A stretch of DNA of 32,423 nt from a virus. Its lineage: Duplodnaviria > Heunggongvirae > Uroviricota > Caudoviricetes. The stretch lies in the IMG/VR virus record IMGVR_UViG_3300045988_079407; one strand, 5' to 3'. The notes below the pieces were generated by a model, which did not search any database, was not told the DNA's origin, and saw nothing but the letters and a program-made list of their open reading frames with translations. Below, piece by piece: positions 11,487 to 21,036 of the stretch. Every line of letters starts with the position of its first letter. Positions within the stretch are counted from its first letter, which is position 1. Made by a program: the position numbers and the translations under genes.

Positions 11487-11893
11487 GCATCCGCCTCAGC
11501 CAGCGCCGCTTTGATTTGCGCACTGCTCACCGGTTCCCCCAGCGCCGCACTGACGGCTTTCACTTTGGGTTCTCCCCCTGCGGTAAAGTGCTCCGGGTTT
11601 GCCTTATCCAGACCGGCAACGGTCGCACGGATACGGGTATTCAGATCGCCCACACCCAGAACGTCCAGCCCCCCAGCCTCAGCGAGCGTTTCTGCTGACG
11701 ATGCAGATACCACAGACAGCACGCTGTCGGCACGAATGATCGCCAGTTGTTCTTCGGTGACTTCCACGGTGTTTTCGCCACGTGTAAAGGCGATTCCGGC
11801 GCGGCGGTAGACCGGACGAAGGCATTTAATAATCGCCGTGCAAGTGATGCGAGAAGTGTCCAGCCGTTGTGAATTAAGCGAAGTGCCTGACAT
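11483..11893 (-). CDS. Mu gp35-like protein (136 aa)
   Basis: ATG at 11893 with an AGGAGG Shine-Dalgarno about 10 nt upstream; first gene after the hairpin that follows the major head gene. Confidence 0.6.
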   Translation of the reverse strand: MSGTSLNSQRLDTSRITCTAIIKCLRPVYRRAGIAFTRGENTVEVTEEQLAIIRADSVLSVVSASSAETLAEAGGLDVLGVGDLNTRIRATVAGLDKANPEHFTAGGEPKVKAVSAALGEPVSSAQIKAALAEADA

Positions 11894-11927
11894 AACACAT
11901 GCTCCTCCTTTTCCTTTAAATCAGATT

Positions 11928-11951
11928 AAAAGGCGGTCTGAACCGCCTTTT
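11928..11951 (-). terminator. Hairpin (10-bp stem, 4-nt loop) just after the major head gene; probable attenuator
   Basis: aaaaggcggt-ctga-accgcctttt, perfect stem; on the minus strand it is followed by TTTTAATCTGATTT. It sits between the T stop (11960) and the next start (11893). Confidence 0.55.
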
Positions 11952-11959
11952 AATGACAG

Positions 11960-12877
11960 TTACAGGTAGTCAGCGACAACCAGTTGCAGCTTGCCCTTCA
12001 TCTCGTTGGAGACGGTGGTATTGCCATCCGCGAACAGTTCACGGTTAAGCAGTTGCTCTGCGGCTTTTTCCAGCCCGACCGGTACAACGATATGCGTCGG
12101 CTTCAGGCCCAGTTTCTTACCGCCATCACCTTCAAAAGAGCGCATCAGTTGCCAGCCCTTCCAGAGGTTATCCAGCGTCAGATCGCCTTTTACCGCGACA
12201 GCCATCTGCCAGAAGCCGTAACCGGCAGCACGCCGGGCGCTGGCACCAAACAGGAACTCGTTATCCATAAAAACGTGGTCGTCATCGATACGGGTACGTG
12301 CGACCAGTTCCGGTTTGCGGCGCTCCTGGAAAATCAGCGGTTTGACTGCGCGGGAGCAGTCCAGCAGATAGAATGGCAGACCGCTGAAGCTGTCCTGCTC
12401 AACGATGTTGGAGGTATTAACCGCGCTGCCCGTGCCATCCACATTCGGATATACCGGATGCTCCTTGTCGAAGAAGTTCTGACCGTCATAGCAGGGCTGG
12501 GTAAAGCCATCTTTCAGAAGTTTAAAAATCAGCTCATCCGGCTGAACTGCCGCAGAACGGCCCATCTCCTGAAAAATCGGCGCATAAATACCCAGATTGT
12601 CATCCTCGAAGTCATCACGGGAAATACCCACGGTGCCTTCAAACGTTTTATTGGCGATGGAGTAGCCATGCGCTTCCATTTGCTGAATGGTTCGCTTACC
12701 CACCCATTCTTTCAGGGTCGGGAATTTACCCAGCCAGCCATAGGTATTACTGCGGGTGGAAGAGTTCACCACCATTGCAATTTTGTTGTACTGCGACGGG
12801 GCGTCTTCAAGACCGCCCTGAAAATCCTTACGCCAGGAGGTCATCAGGGCTTTAATGGATGCCGGGGTGACAATCAT
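11960..12877 (-). CDS. T: Major head (capsid) protein (305 aa)
   Basis: 305 aa immediately downstream of the protease/scaffold gene; matches Mu T in size and order. Confidence 0.9.
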   Translation of the reverse strand: MIVTPASIKALMTSWRKDFQGGLEDAPSQYNKIAMVVNSSTRSNTYGWLGKFPTLKEWVGKRTIQQMEAHGYSIANKTFEGTVGISRDDFEDDNLGIYAPIFQEMGRSAAVQPDELIFKLLKDGFTQPCYDGQNFFDKEHPVYPNVDGTGSAVNTSNIVEQDSFSGLPFYLLDCSRAVKPLIFQERRKPELVARTRIDDDHVFMDNEFLFGASARRAAGYGFWQMAVAVKGDLTLDNLWKGWQLMRSFEGDGGKKLGLKPTHIVVPVGLEKAAEQLLNRELFADGNTTVSNEMKGKLQLVVADYL

Positions 12878-13959
12878 TTTTCTTGTTCCTGTTTCATTTT
12901 CAGATACTCAGCCTCTGTAATGCCGAGCGCCTTCACTGCTGCCTGTTCATCAGCAGACAGCACCGCCACCGCCGTTTTTTCTTGCGACGGGATTTTCGCT
13001 GTGGTGGTCTGCATGGCAGATAACGCAGCGATAGGCTGTTTTTTCTCAAGCTGTGCCGACAGTGCCGCCACGCCAATCTGACCGCCAAGCTGTTCCAGAT
13101 AGGTACGTTCGCTTTTGAAAATGCGGCCTTCCTGTTCCGCCTTGTCCAGAACGGCGCTCAGGCTGGCTGTGGCGCTTTGTGCAGTCGCCTGTGCCAGTTC
13201 ATCACGCAGGGCGTTGTAGCTTTCCACCGGGACGTATTTCGTCAGGTCAACGGCGGCTTTCTGTGCCTTTTCCAGTTCGGCAGACAACGCCGCCACTTTC
13301 CCGGCATTAATTTCCAGCGTGTCCAGCGCGGTCAGTGCCGCTGTTGCCTGTTCATCGGTGATGTCTGCATTTTCGGGGACAGTCACCCCAAGACGCGCAA
13401 GCAGCTTGCGCAGCGTTTCATTCATGGGTTTGTTCTCCTGTTGAAGGATGTCGGGAAGGTCTGCCGCCAGTGCGGTCAGCTTTTTCATGCCGGTGGCACC
13501 GGGGTCATTGGTCAGCGCAGCAAGGCGGATTTGCAGCACTGCACCGGTGGCGGTGTCATACGGAAAAACCGCAGAGAGATAACCAAATTCGCCGTCATCG
13601 ATGCGCTGCTGGGCCGCCGCCGTCCAGCGTGGGTGGATAAATAACCCTTCACCTTCACGCCACTGCATTTCATCGGCGTTAAACCAGCCAGCCGCGACGA
13701 GTTGTTCCGGGGGTAATCCTTTGTCCTTACGTAGCTGGTTATGCTCGTAATCAATCAGCACGTCTTGGTTGAGCGCGCGAACGCCTTCAACCAGACGCCC
13801 GGCAATCTCACCGTCGATGAACCACCCCTGACCGCCTGTCACATCAAACGGACGACCATCACGGGCACTGAAATGACCGGCAGGCAATAGCTGGCACCAG
13901 CCGTCATCGTCAATGGACAGCGCACTCAGTGCGGCAATGCCAATCGCGTGTTTTTTCAT
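12874..13959 (-). CDS. I: Head maturation protease/scaffold protein (361 aa)
   Basis: 361 aa with an N-terminal protease-like region and an Ala/Glu/Gln-rich helical C-terminal half (scaffold, the Mu Z region); matches Mu I. Confidence 0.85.
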   Translation of the reverse strand: MKKHAIGIAALSALSIDDDGWCQLLPAGHFSARDGRPFDVTGGQGWFIDGEIAGRLVEGVRALNQDVLIDYEHNQLRKDKGLPPEQLVAAGWFNADEMQWREGEGLFIHPRWTAAAQQRIDDGEFGYLSAVFPYDTATGAVLQIRLAALTNDPGATGMKKLTALAADLPDILQQENKPMNETLRKLLARLGVTVPENADITDEQATAALTALDTLEINAGKVAALSAELEKAQKAAVDLTKYVPVESYNALRDELAQATAQSATASLSAVLDKAEQEGRIFKSERTYLEQLGGQIGVAALSAQLEKKQPIAALSAMQTTTAKIPSQEKTAVAVLSADEQAAVKALGITEAEYLKMKQEQEK

Positions 13960-14155
13960 GTCCTGCTGCTCATCATGGTTTGTGAGCAGTCAGTTTGCGG
14001 GAGGTGCGGGAAAATCTGGGGTTATGCTATTTGAGTAATGGAGAAAGAAAGTGGAAGGAAGATAAAACGGGATTCATACACCGTTAAATACCGGTTTAAA
14101 AATCCCGTGGCGCGTTTTAAAAAATCTGTGCGGCTGATTTCATGTCTGATTCAGT
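13960..14155 (-). promoter_or_regulatory. Central G-I intergenic region: expected site of the Mu strong gyrase site and the C-dependent late promoter for I
   Basis: 196-bp non-coding, AT-rich gap between G and I, about 18.2-18.4 kb from the left end, i.e. the genome centre, where the Mu strong gyrase site is described. Confidence 0.55.
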
Positions 14156-14626
14156 TTATTGCCTCAGAGCGGCGCTGACGCGTTTTCTGATGGCATCAAA
14201 AATTTCCTGTTCCCCGGTCTTATCCAGCCCCATATAAGGACGCGCAGGAACGCCTGCCGGGCGGGGTGCCATATCGGGTGTACCGCCCCACTGATGAATG
14301 GCAGCATAAATTTTTGGCGAACCAATCAGGGCATAATCCTGTCCATAATCGGTGGTAATGCTGCGTGCCAGATCGCCATGCAGGGTAAGGATACTGCCCG
14401 GAACAAAACCATGATCCTGACGCCATGCCTGCCACGAATCGCTCCACGCTTCCCAGCCTTTCCCTGTATCCGGGTCTGCCTGCCGTTCAAATGCCTGTTC
14501 CGTGGATGACAGCAGCGCCGCAGCCATCACACGGGGAATGGCGCGGTCACGTGTAACGGTTCCCAGTTCATCCAGTGCAAGCTGAATACGTCGCACATCC
14601 ACGGCAACGTTCATATCAAGACTCAC
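14156..14626 (-). CDS. G: Virion morphogenesis protein G-like (156 aa)
   Basis: 156 aa, overlaps the F gene end by 4 nt; synteny. Confidence 0.75.
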   Translation of the reverse strand: MSLDMNVAVDVRRIQLALDELGTVTRDRAIPRVMAAALLSSTEQAFERQADPDTGKGWEAWSDSWQAWRQDHGFVPGSILTLHGDLARSITTDYGQDYALIGSPKIYAAIHQWGGTPDMAPRPAGVPARPYMGLDKTGEQEIFDAIRKRVSAALRQ

Positions 14627-15942
14627 TTATTCACCTCCACATGCCCCTCCAGTACGTCAATCATCCTGTCAGCAATCGCGGTTTCAAGCGACTGTGCAGA
14701 TACGCGGCTGATACTGACCAGCACATCCGCACGGTCATTCTGCCTGCCGACTGTCTGTGATGTTCTGACCACAATCCGGGCCATGCCGTCACGGGTTGCC
14801 ACAACATACAGCAACTGGTGGTTCTCCCTGTCCCACAATACTGCCTGTGGTTTTGCCATCAGCGACGGCAGATGCTGTAAATCCTCCGGTTTCAGGGCGG
14901 CATCAGCAGTGGTCGCCAGACTTTTCCCGTTCATCACAAGCAGACGGGCTGGCATATTCCCGGTGCGCTGATGTACGGCTTCAGCTACCGATTCCGTCAT
15001 AAAACCCAGTGCCCGGATTTCATGACCGGTCTGACGTGATCCTGCTAGGCGTTTAAGCCAGAGGGAAAAAGCAAGCTGACGCTCCCGGCTGTTATTCAGC
15101 GTCTGAACAACCTGCTCACGCAACTGCGCGTCGCGAATTTCCACCAGTTTTCGAATCAGTGCCTGATCCGTACCAAATGCCGCCGAACCAGGGTTATATG
15201 ACCAGCCTACATCCGGCGTCATTTTTACCCGACCGTTGTCAAACGTGGTTGACGATGTGCGGAAAATCTCTCCGGTGCTTTCATCCGTACCGGCATCCAC
15301 TTCGCGGGTATTCATGAATGACGCACCATAACTGACCTGTAGCCCCAGTTCTTTCATGCGGGCCGCAGACAGCGCCCGGACGCGACAGCGGCAGTTCCAG
15401 CCATTGGGCGGGTAATGCGTCTGCCAGAAAATGTCGTCATACCGGAAAACCATATTGTGCAGCCGCGCATGTTCCGGGCGTGTTCTGCCATCCATAACGG
15501 CAACGTACTGCCAGTACGGGTACAAATCGGCGGTATTCATCATCTGCGCATAACGTCCTGCCCCATACGCCGTACGGGTATTGACGTTATAAATGGTTGC
15601 CAGACGACGCGGACTGCCCAGCTCGATTACCTTCGCGTTTCCGTCTGCATCCACGATGATTTGTTTTCCCCACCATCCGAGTTTTTGCAGCCGGGGGGCC
15701 AGTGTGCGGGTAAATTCCTCACGGGTGATGCCTTCACTGACAGCCCGCTCCACTTCCTCACGGATTGTGGTCAGGACATCCATCCGGGTGGCTTTGGCAA
15801 CGGTAAAGGCGCGGGCGTGCGCGTCTGCCAGTTGTTCGTACCAGTTCCAGGTGATGTTGTAGCCTTTGGCGCGGAAATACGCGACAGCCTCCTTTGGCGG
15901 GAGGCGTGCGGCATACGCCAGATCAATGGTCTGCTGCGGCAT
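14623..15942 (-). CDS. F: Head morphogenesis protein F-like (minor head protein; about 439 aa from the ATG at 15942)
   Basis: The track ORF begins with GTG at 15978; the first ATG is at 15942 (MPQQTIDLAY). Downstream of the portal gene, as in Mu. Confidence 0.8.
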   Translation of the reverse strand: MPQQTIDLAYAARLPPKEAVAYFRAKGYNITWNWYEQLADAHARAFTVAKATRMDVLTTIREEVERAVSEGITREEFTRTLAPRLQKLGWWGKQIIVDADGNAKVIELGSPRRLATIYNVNTRTAYGAGRYAQMMNTADLYPYWQYVAVMDGRTRPEHARLHNMVFRYDDIFWQTHYPPNGWNCRCRVRALSAARMKELGLQVSYGASFMNTREVDAGTDESTGEIFRTSSTTFDNGRVKMTPDVGWSYNPGSAAFGTDQALIRKLVEIRDAQLREQVVQTLNNSRERQLAFSLWLKRLAGSRQTGHEIRALGFMTESVAEAVHQRTGNMPARLLVMNGKSLATTADAALKPEDLQHLPSLMAKPQAVLWDRENHQLLYVVATRDGMARIVVRTSQTVGRQNDRADVLVSISRVSAQSLETAIADRMIDVLEGHVEVNK

Positions 15943-17461
15943 CCAGACGCCCCCATATATCGGCAACAAAAATGGCACGGGTCAGCATGTCGATAAGTTC
16001 TGCATCATCCATCTGCGGATATAATGAAGCAGCTTTGTTCATGGCGGCTTCCGGGCCATCTTTCAGCACAGAAAAAATGACGGGTTTCAGCAGGGGATCA
16101 ACCGAACGCTGCCAGTCTTCCGGTGAGACGCCCATCCGGTCGATATCATCCTCCTGCGGGATATCTTCAGCGGATAATGCGGCCTCTTTCTGCGGACCGT
16201 TATCCGGGACAACCGGTTGAGCAGTAAACACGGCTTCATCACCGACCGGCTGTGGAATATGAAGTTTTTCCTGTATCCAGGAGACCGGAATACGCATTCC
16301 CGCCGCCAGTTTCGGAATGGCGTCAGACAGTGCCGTAATATCACCCGCTTCACTGGTATCAAATACAATGCCCGGCAGGCGGTTAATATCAATGGTGCTG
16401 TCACTGTTCAGTGCCAGCAGGGGATAAATCAGGTCACGGTTAATACTGCGGGCAAGCTGGCCCACATCCGCGTTACGGATTTCCCGGCGAACCTCATCAT
16501 GCACTTCACCCAGCGACCGCGCACCTTTATCGCCAGCCTCTGTGGTCAGGGTGCCGCCCAGAATGGCTTTTGAAATCGCTTTTTCTGCCCAGCCAACCAT
16601 CGCCATAAAAGGGTCTGACTGACCATCTGCGGCGCTCTGAAAATCCAGCGTCATCCCCATCGGAATAATGCCACCGGCACGTCGCCCGATATCCATCACG
16701 GCCTGCATCAGCGTGGCTTTCTCGCGGTTCGTTGAGCCGGTCGGATATTTACCAACGCGCATGGGGAGTCCGTAAATTTCCAGAAACTCTGCAAAATCAC
16801 GCACGGAATAGTTTTTAAAAATAAAAGGCCAGATAAGCGTGCGCACAAGGCCATTGGTGCCGACATACCCGGTGCGGGATTTGGCCCGGTGCATAAACCA
16901 GCCGAACGGTTGCAGCTCCAGCCCGTGATAAGACGCATCACGCAGGCGTAATTCGTTCAGATTGTCGGGGTTCGCACAAAACAGCGCCGGATCGCGATGA
17001 TGCAGCGCCACCGGCACGCGCATTTTGCCCAGCCAGCCCCATTCAATCTCCTGCATGGAATAACCCTTGAGAATGGCATCACCGGCATCAAACAGGGCAT
17101 CTTCAAACCACGCCGCATCATGCAGATATTCATTCAGCATGTCGGCGTCTTTTTTCTCCTGTGCGCTGGCATCACGTGCCGGAGCGATGCGCCATTCCAG
17201 CGCCTGAATGGCAAGGCGGCGCTTGCTCAGTTCGGAAAAAAGGTGGGTGTCCTTTTCTTCCATATCAAAGGCCAGGTCAGCCTGTGCGGTCAGATCACCG
17301 CGTTCGGCATCACGCAGCATCTGCGCGGCCCGGTTCGGCGTCACACCACTGGAAGGATGCTCCTGCGTACGCTTCATGACCATTGCCAGCTCATCGCTGC
17401 GGGTCTGCATTTCATCGTCAAAATCAAACGGCTGCCCGGAAATATCCAGAATACGGCCCAT
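15923..17461 (-). CDS. H: Portal protein (512 aa)
   Basis: 512 aa directly downstream of the terminase large subunit; its start overlaps the terminase stop by 1 nt. Confidence 0.85.
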   Translation of the reverse strand: MGRILDISGQPFDFDDEMQTRSDELAMVMKRTQEHPSSGVTPNRAAQMLRDAERGDLTAQADLAFDMEEKDTHLFSELSKRRLAIQALEWRIAPARDASAQEKKDADMLNEYLHDAAWFEDALFDAGDAILKGYSMQEIEWGWLGKMRVPVALHHRDPALFCANPDNLNELRLRDASYHGLELQPFGWFMHRAKSRTGYVGTNGLVRTLIWPFIFKNYSVRDFAEFLEIYGLPMRVGKYPTGSTNREKATLMQAVMDIGRRAGGIIPMGMTLDFQSAADGQSDPFMAMVGWAEKAISKAILGGTLTTEAGDKGARSLGEVHDEVRREIRNADVGQLARSINRDLIYPLLALNSDSTIDINRLPGIVFDTSEAGDITALSDAIPKLAAGMRIPVSWIQEKLHIPQPVGDEAVFTAQPVVPDNGPQKEAALSAEDIPQEDDIDRMGVSPEDWQRSVDPLLKPVIFSVLKDGPEAAMNKAASLYPQMDDAELIDMLTRAIFVADIWGRLDAAADH

Positions 17462-19116
17462 TACCAGCCCCCTCGTTCAAACTGGTGATAATCATCAAAA
17501 TCATCGTTATCAACATCATCACCACGGTGGCGTGGTGGCAGCGCCTGTATGCTGTCCTCGTCGATAACAAAACCATTCATATAAGACGCCCTGACAGCCA
17601 TACAGAGCGCCACGGCAAAGTCGCCATGCCGTCGGCCTTTACCACCTTCATCTTTTGTGCGCCCCTTATCAATCTGCGGAATACCTTTGTCCACCTTGAT
17701 GTGGAGCAGGTCATCAAGAGTGGTCTGGTGCCGGGCAATCGTGATGTTCTGCGCTTCAAACTCGCCTTTCAGTTTTGGCATCCACTCCTGATACCAGGAT
17801 GCGGTCAGATTCACACAGTCGATCATCTCCGGGCCATAAATCAGACGGGCGGCTTCTGCCAGATAACCGCCGTTACCGGTGGCATCAAATGCAGCGCCGG
17901 TAAAACGGGGCAAACGGGACAGAATGAATAAAAGGATTTGTCGCTGCTGGTCATAGGTCACATTACGCAGCTCCACGCGGAAACATTCGCGTTTGCGTAA
18001 GTCAGGAGTGATGGCAAGCGGAACAAACACCGTCAGGTCGCCACGGCGTGCAAAGTCTTCGCCCAGTACGTGTTTATTGAGCGGCGACAGCGCATCGAGC
18101 AACGGGAGCAGCTCCTGTTCACACCAGTCCTGAACGATGCCGTGGCGCATTTGTGGTGTCAGCGATTCAAAATCGTCCGGGGCTTCAAAACGCAGAATCG
18201 GGATATCCCGCGCTGGCGTCATGGCGGCTTCAATCAGCACGCGTGACAGATAAGCGCCCCCGGATTTTTTAGGAATGCAGCCGTATTCCTCGTCGGCACT
18301 CTCTTTATTCGGCGCATTCCGGTACAGGCCATCACGCCAGGCTTTTTCCGCTTCCGGCGACCACGGCTGATTCGTGACGTAACAGATACGTCGGTACAAC
18401 CCGTCAGCGATGGCATCATCCAGCGTGATGCGGTGAACGCTGTAATCCTTGCGCCCCTCGCGCGCATCCTGAATGTACTGGTTAAACAGGTTATCGACGC
18501 CGTTATGTGTCGATATGATCCGCACGCGGGCACCCCACATGGTGAGAGCAAAGGCCGCTTTCAGGAGTTCGTCCAGGGCTTCATGAAATGCCGCCTCATC
18601 AATCACCACGTCCCCCTGCAAACCACGCAGGTTAGACGGACGGCTTGACAGCGCCTGCACCTTAAATCCGCTGTTAGGGAAACGGATCATATAAGTGAGG
18701 ATTTCTTCTTTTTTGTCGCTGTCCCAGAAGGTCTGCTCCCAGACATCAGCCTTTGCCAGCTGGTTAAAGGCGCGGGCAAACAGGGCACAGGCGGCGATAT
18801 ATTCCAGCGCCATTTCCTGACGGGAACCCACATAAAAGACGTTGCGACCGCCACGGCGGCGCGGCTTTGCTGCCGTCATGACATTGCGGCCCGCTTCGGC
18901 CCATGTCAGACCGGTACGACGGGATTTTTCAGCGATGCAAATCTGGCTTTCATCCTCAAACCAGCGGCGCTGATAACCCAGGAAAACCGGTTCATTGCGG
19001 GGCTGTGCTTCACCGATATCGGTCACGATATTCACGCCGAGCAGTTCGGCTTCCTCACGCAGGTTGATTTTGCGGGGCGCATGAAGGGCTTTAAGGTTGT
19101 TTTCTCTGGTGTTCAT
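17461..19116 (-). CDS. E: Terminase large subunit (551 aa)
   Basis: ATG at 19116 (MNTRENNLKAL) with a GAGGG Shine-Dalgarno in the 7-nt gap after the upstream stop. The 615-aa track ORF is an upstream extension that overlaps the preceding gene. Confidence 0.85.
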   Translation of the reverse strand: MNTRENNLKALHAPRKINLREEAELLGVNIVTDIGEAQPRNEPVFLGYQRRWFEDESQICIAEKSRRTGLTWAEAGRNVMTAAKPRRRGGRNVFYVGSRQEMALEYIAACALFARAFNQLAKADVWEQTFWDSDKKEEILTYMIRFPNSGFKVQALSSRPSNLRGLQGDVVIDEAAFHEALDELLKAAFALTMWGARVRIISTHNGVDNLFNQYIQDAREGRKDYSVHRITLDDAIADGLYRRICYVTNQPWSPEAEKAWRDGLYRNAPNKESADEEYGCIPKKSGGAYLSRVLIEAAMTPARDIPILRFEAPDDFESLTPQMRHGIVQDWCEQELLPLLDALSPLNKHVLGEDFARRGDLTVFVPLAITPDLRKRECFRVELRNVTYDQQRQILLFILSRLPRFTGAAFDATGNGGYLAEAARLIYGPEMIDCVNLTASWYQEWMPKLKGEFEAQNITIARHQTTLDDLLHIKVDKGIPQIDKGRTKDEGGKGRRHGDFAVALCMAVRASYMNGFVIDEDSIQALPPRHRGDDVDNDDFDDYHQFERGGW

Positions 19117-19123
19117 AACCCTC

Positions 19124-19714
19124 TCATGCCTTACCCAGCAGCACATCACGGATACGCTGCTCCAGCTCTTCGCTGATGCCATCCTGCCCGCGCAGTTCTT
19201 CACTGACGGCGTTTGCCGCTTCTTCTGCGAATGCCTGGCGGATTTCTTTCTCGCGCCGGTGGCTGGACATTGCCGTGGATTCCAGACGCTGTGCCGCCAG
19301 CATGGCATTTTTCAGCAGGTCAATATCCACGTCAGATTCCGGGTTTTCGATTTGCCGCATCATGGCCTTAAAAAGCTGGCTGCGGGCCATTTCCAGAATC
19401 AGCTTTGTGGTTTCTCCCATTGGCTTGTCGCCAAGTTCTGCGGTCAGTGCTGACGTCATTTCACGCATCTGTCGCAGGTTATGGCCTACCTGCTCGACGT
19501 TCGTCGCGTAACGGTTCAGACCGGAACGGGAGAGTTTCATCTCATCCGGCAGGCCAGCGTCTTCAATCAGTGCGTTAATTTCTTCCAGAATGCGGGCCTG
19601 TGGGATCGCTTTATCACGCAGCATTTCATGCAGCGTTTTACGTACGTTTTCCGGCAATAAATCCACTTTTGAAGCCCGGCCCCGTGTTTTCCTGTCCATC
19701 ACGCCTCCTGTCAT
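19124..19714 (-). CDS. Putative terminase small subunit/DNA-binding protein (Mu gp27-like, 196 aa)
   Basis: Immediately upstream of the large terminase gene; charged helical protein. Confidence 0.65.
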   Translation of the reverse strand: MTGGVMDRKTRGRASKVDLLPENVRKTLHEMLRDKAIPQARILEEINALIEDAGLPDEMKLSRSGLNRYATNVEQVGHNLRQMREMTSALTAELGDKPMGETTKLILEMARSQLFKAMMRQIENPESDVDIDLLKNAMLAAQRLESTAMSSHRREKEIRQAFAEEAANAVSEELRGQDGISEELEQRIRDVLLGKA

Positions 19715-20001
19715 GCACGGGGACGAGGACGCTTGACACCGGCAACGCGGGCACGACCTTCTGCCACATCCTGACCTCGGGAGGTCAGCGTTACGACATA
19801 AAAGCCGCGCAGGTTTTCCACGGTGACCAGTTGCTGCTCTGCCAGCCAGTCAATCTGGCCGCGAACCACATCGCGGGAAACGTTGTGTCCGTATGCATCC
19901 AGACAGTCCTGAAGGATGGATTCGTTTGCTTCGTTATTGCAGTCCATCAGGGAACGCAGGATGACCAGACGACGGTCTTCGGTCAGAATATCGTTAATCA
20001 T
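19711..20001 (-). CDS. Mu gp26-like protein (96 aa)
   Basis: ORF in the track, coupled by ATGA-type overlaps on both sides. Confidence 0.5.
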   Translation of the reverse strand: MINDILTEDRRLVILRSLMDCNNEANESILQDCLDAYGHNVSRDVVRGQIDWLAEQQLVTVENLRGFYVVTLTSRGQDVAEGRARVAGVKRPRPRA

Positions 20002-20315
20002 GAATTACTCCGGTTTACTGCGTTTTCAAGCAGCAGCTCCAGTTGATGGGAAAATGACTGCACCCGCTGGGACAGCACCCGGATATCGCCGGACAGCTCT
20101 GCAATTCGCAGGCGCATTTCGTGTACATCTTCTGTGCCAGGGATGCTGGCGTAGCGGGTTTCCATTTCGGTCATCCGGTTTTCAAGACGCTCCACACGCT
20201 CGGTGCTGGCAAAACTACGACGCATCGCCCAGACGGCCCCACCGGCCACAACAGGCAACAGGTAAGGCCATAACGCTAAAACTGAAATCAAATCCATTAT
20301 TCTGCTCCACGGCAC
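19998..20315 (-). CDS. Membrane protein with N-terminal transmembrane segment (105 aa, Mu gp25-like)
   Basis: N-terminus LISVLALWPYLLPVVAGGAVWAM is hydrophobic, followed by a coiled-coil-like region; sits after the lysis genes. Confidence 0.5.
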   Translation of the reverse strand: MPWSRIMDLISVLALWPYLLPVVAGGAVWAMRRSFASTERVERLENRMTEMETRYASIPGTEDVHEMRLRIAELSGDIRVLSQRVQSFSHQLELLLENAVNRSNS

Positions 20316-20491
20316 CAGTGGCAGTAGTTCGCCATCGGCTGCTGTCTCAGCACATCAGGCCGCAGCTCACGACCGCAACCGGCACACAATACAGGCGGGT
20401 CATACGCCGCCGGGCGGGGAATATCACGGGTATCCCCCTGCCAGAGTTCAGCGAGCAGCAGCGCCACCGCCCGGTTCTGGTCTTCGTTCAT
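20297..20491 (-). CDS. Small zinc-finger protein (64 aa)
   Basis: CAGCGRE ... CHWC, two CxxC pairs; overlaps the o-spanin 3' end. Confidence 0.4.
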   Translation of the reverse strand: MNEDQNRAVALLLAELWQGDTRDIPRPAAYDPPVLCAGCGRELRPDVLRQQPMANYCHWCRGAE

Positions 20492-20789
20492 AAATTTCTT
20501 TCCTTCGGATCTCCTGTTCCCGGACTGATGCCTTGTCGCGGTTGCACTGCCCGAGCGCCATCAACAGGTCAGCATTCCAGAGAAGGGATGCTCCCCACGT
20601 CAGGGGCTGTGGCATGGGCGGAACGGGCGTTGCTTCCGTCAGTTCTGTATCAGTTTCGGGCAGGATCACCACCGATGGCACGGGTGCGTTTTTCGAGTTC
20701 CCGCAACCTGTCAGCAGCAACGGCAGGCACAGGACGAGTGCTGCAATTGTCACCAGTAATGGCGGTTGTAATTTTTTCTTTTGCATCAT
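20448..20789 (-). CDS. Outer-membrane spanin lipoprotein (o-spanin, about 113 aa)
   Basis: Internal ATG at 20789 gives MMQKKKLQPPLLVTIAALVLCLPLLLTGCGN, a signal peptide with an LTGC lipobox; Pro-rich mature part. The gene starts inside the i-spanin gene in another frame and extends beyond its stop. Confidence 0.6.
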   Translation of the reverse strand: MMQKKKLQPPLLVTIAALVLCLPLLLTGCGNSKNAPVPSVVILPETDTELTEATPVPPMPQPLTWGASLLWNADLLMALGQCNRDKASVREQEIRRKEIYERRPEPGGGAAAR

Positions 20790-21036
20790 GATGTTCTGTC
20801 TCATCTGCCAGCCGTGCGGCACGATTTGCGGCACGGATAGCGGAAAATACCTGCATCGTCTGTTCCTGACCGTGTAACAACCATTCAGCAGTGTGGCGGG
20901 CCTGTTGCTCCGTCTGTAATTCACGGCGCAGCGTCTGGTTATCGTGGCGGGTGCTGTCCAGCCTGTGCCACAACACCCCGGACAGAACGGCGGTAAACAC
21001 GGCTGCCATCAGTAAACTTTTACTGGCGAAGGTCAT
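20650..21036 (-). CDS. Inner-membrane spanin (i-spanin, 128 aa)
   Basis: N-terminal transmembrane helix (LLMAAVFTAVLSGVLW) followed by a charged helical periplasmic domain; immediately after the endolysin gene. Confidence 0.6.
   Translation of the reverse strand: MTFASKSLLMAAVFTAVLSGVLWHRLDSTRHDNQTLRRELQTEQQARHTAEWLLHGQEQTMQVFSAIRAANRAARLADETEHHDAKEKITTAITGDNCSTRPVPAVAADRLRELEKRTRAIGGDPARN

Noticed and set aside
11984-13081. 365-aa plus-strand ORF, and similar long plus-strand ORFs at 8491..9300, 10354..11217, 6032..6592, 3458..3892, 4924..5400, 16997..17488 and 17383..17931
   Set aside because: All lie antisense to confidently assigned minus-strand structural genes, lack convincing ribosome-binding sites, and have low-complexity Arg/Cys/His-rich translations typical of shadow ORFs.
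17461-19308. 615-aa form of the terminase large subunit ORF
   Set aside because: The extra 64 N-terminal codons overlap the upstream gene (19124..19714); the internal ATG at 19116 has a good Shine-Dalgarno and gives a Mu E-sized protein.
20297-20491. The 64-aa zinc-finger ORF as a Com-like translational activator of mom
   Set aside because: Com is encoded next to mom at the right end of Mu, outside this window; here the gene sits after the lysis cassette, so only a generic zinc-finger call is justified.
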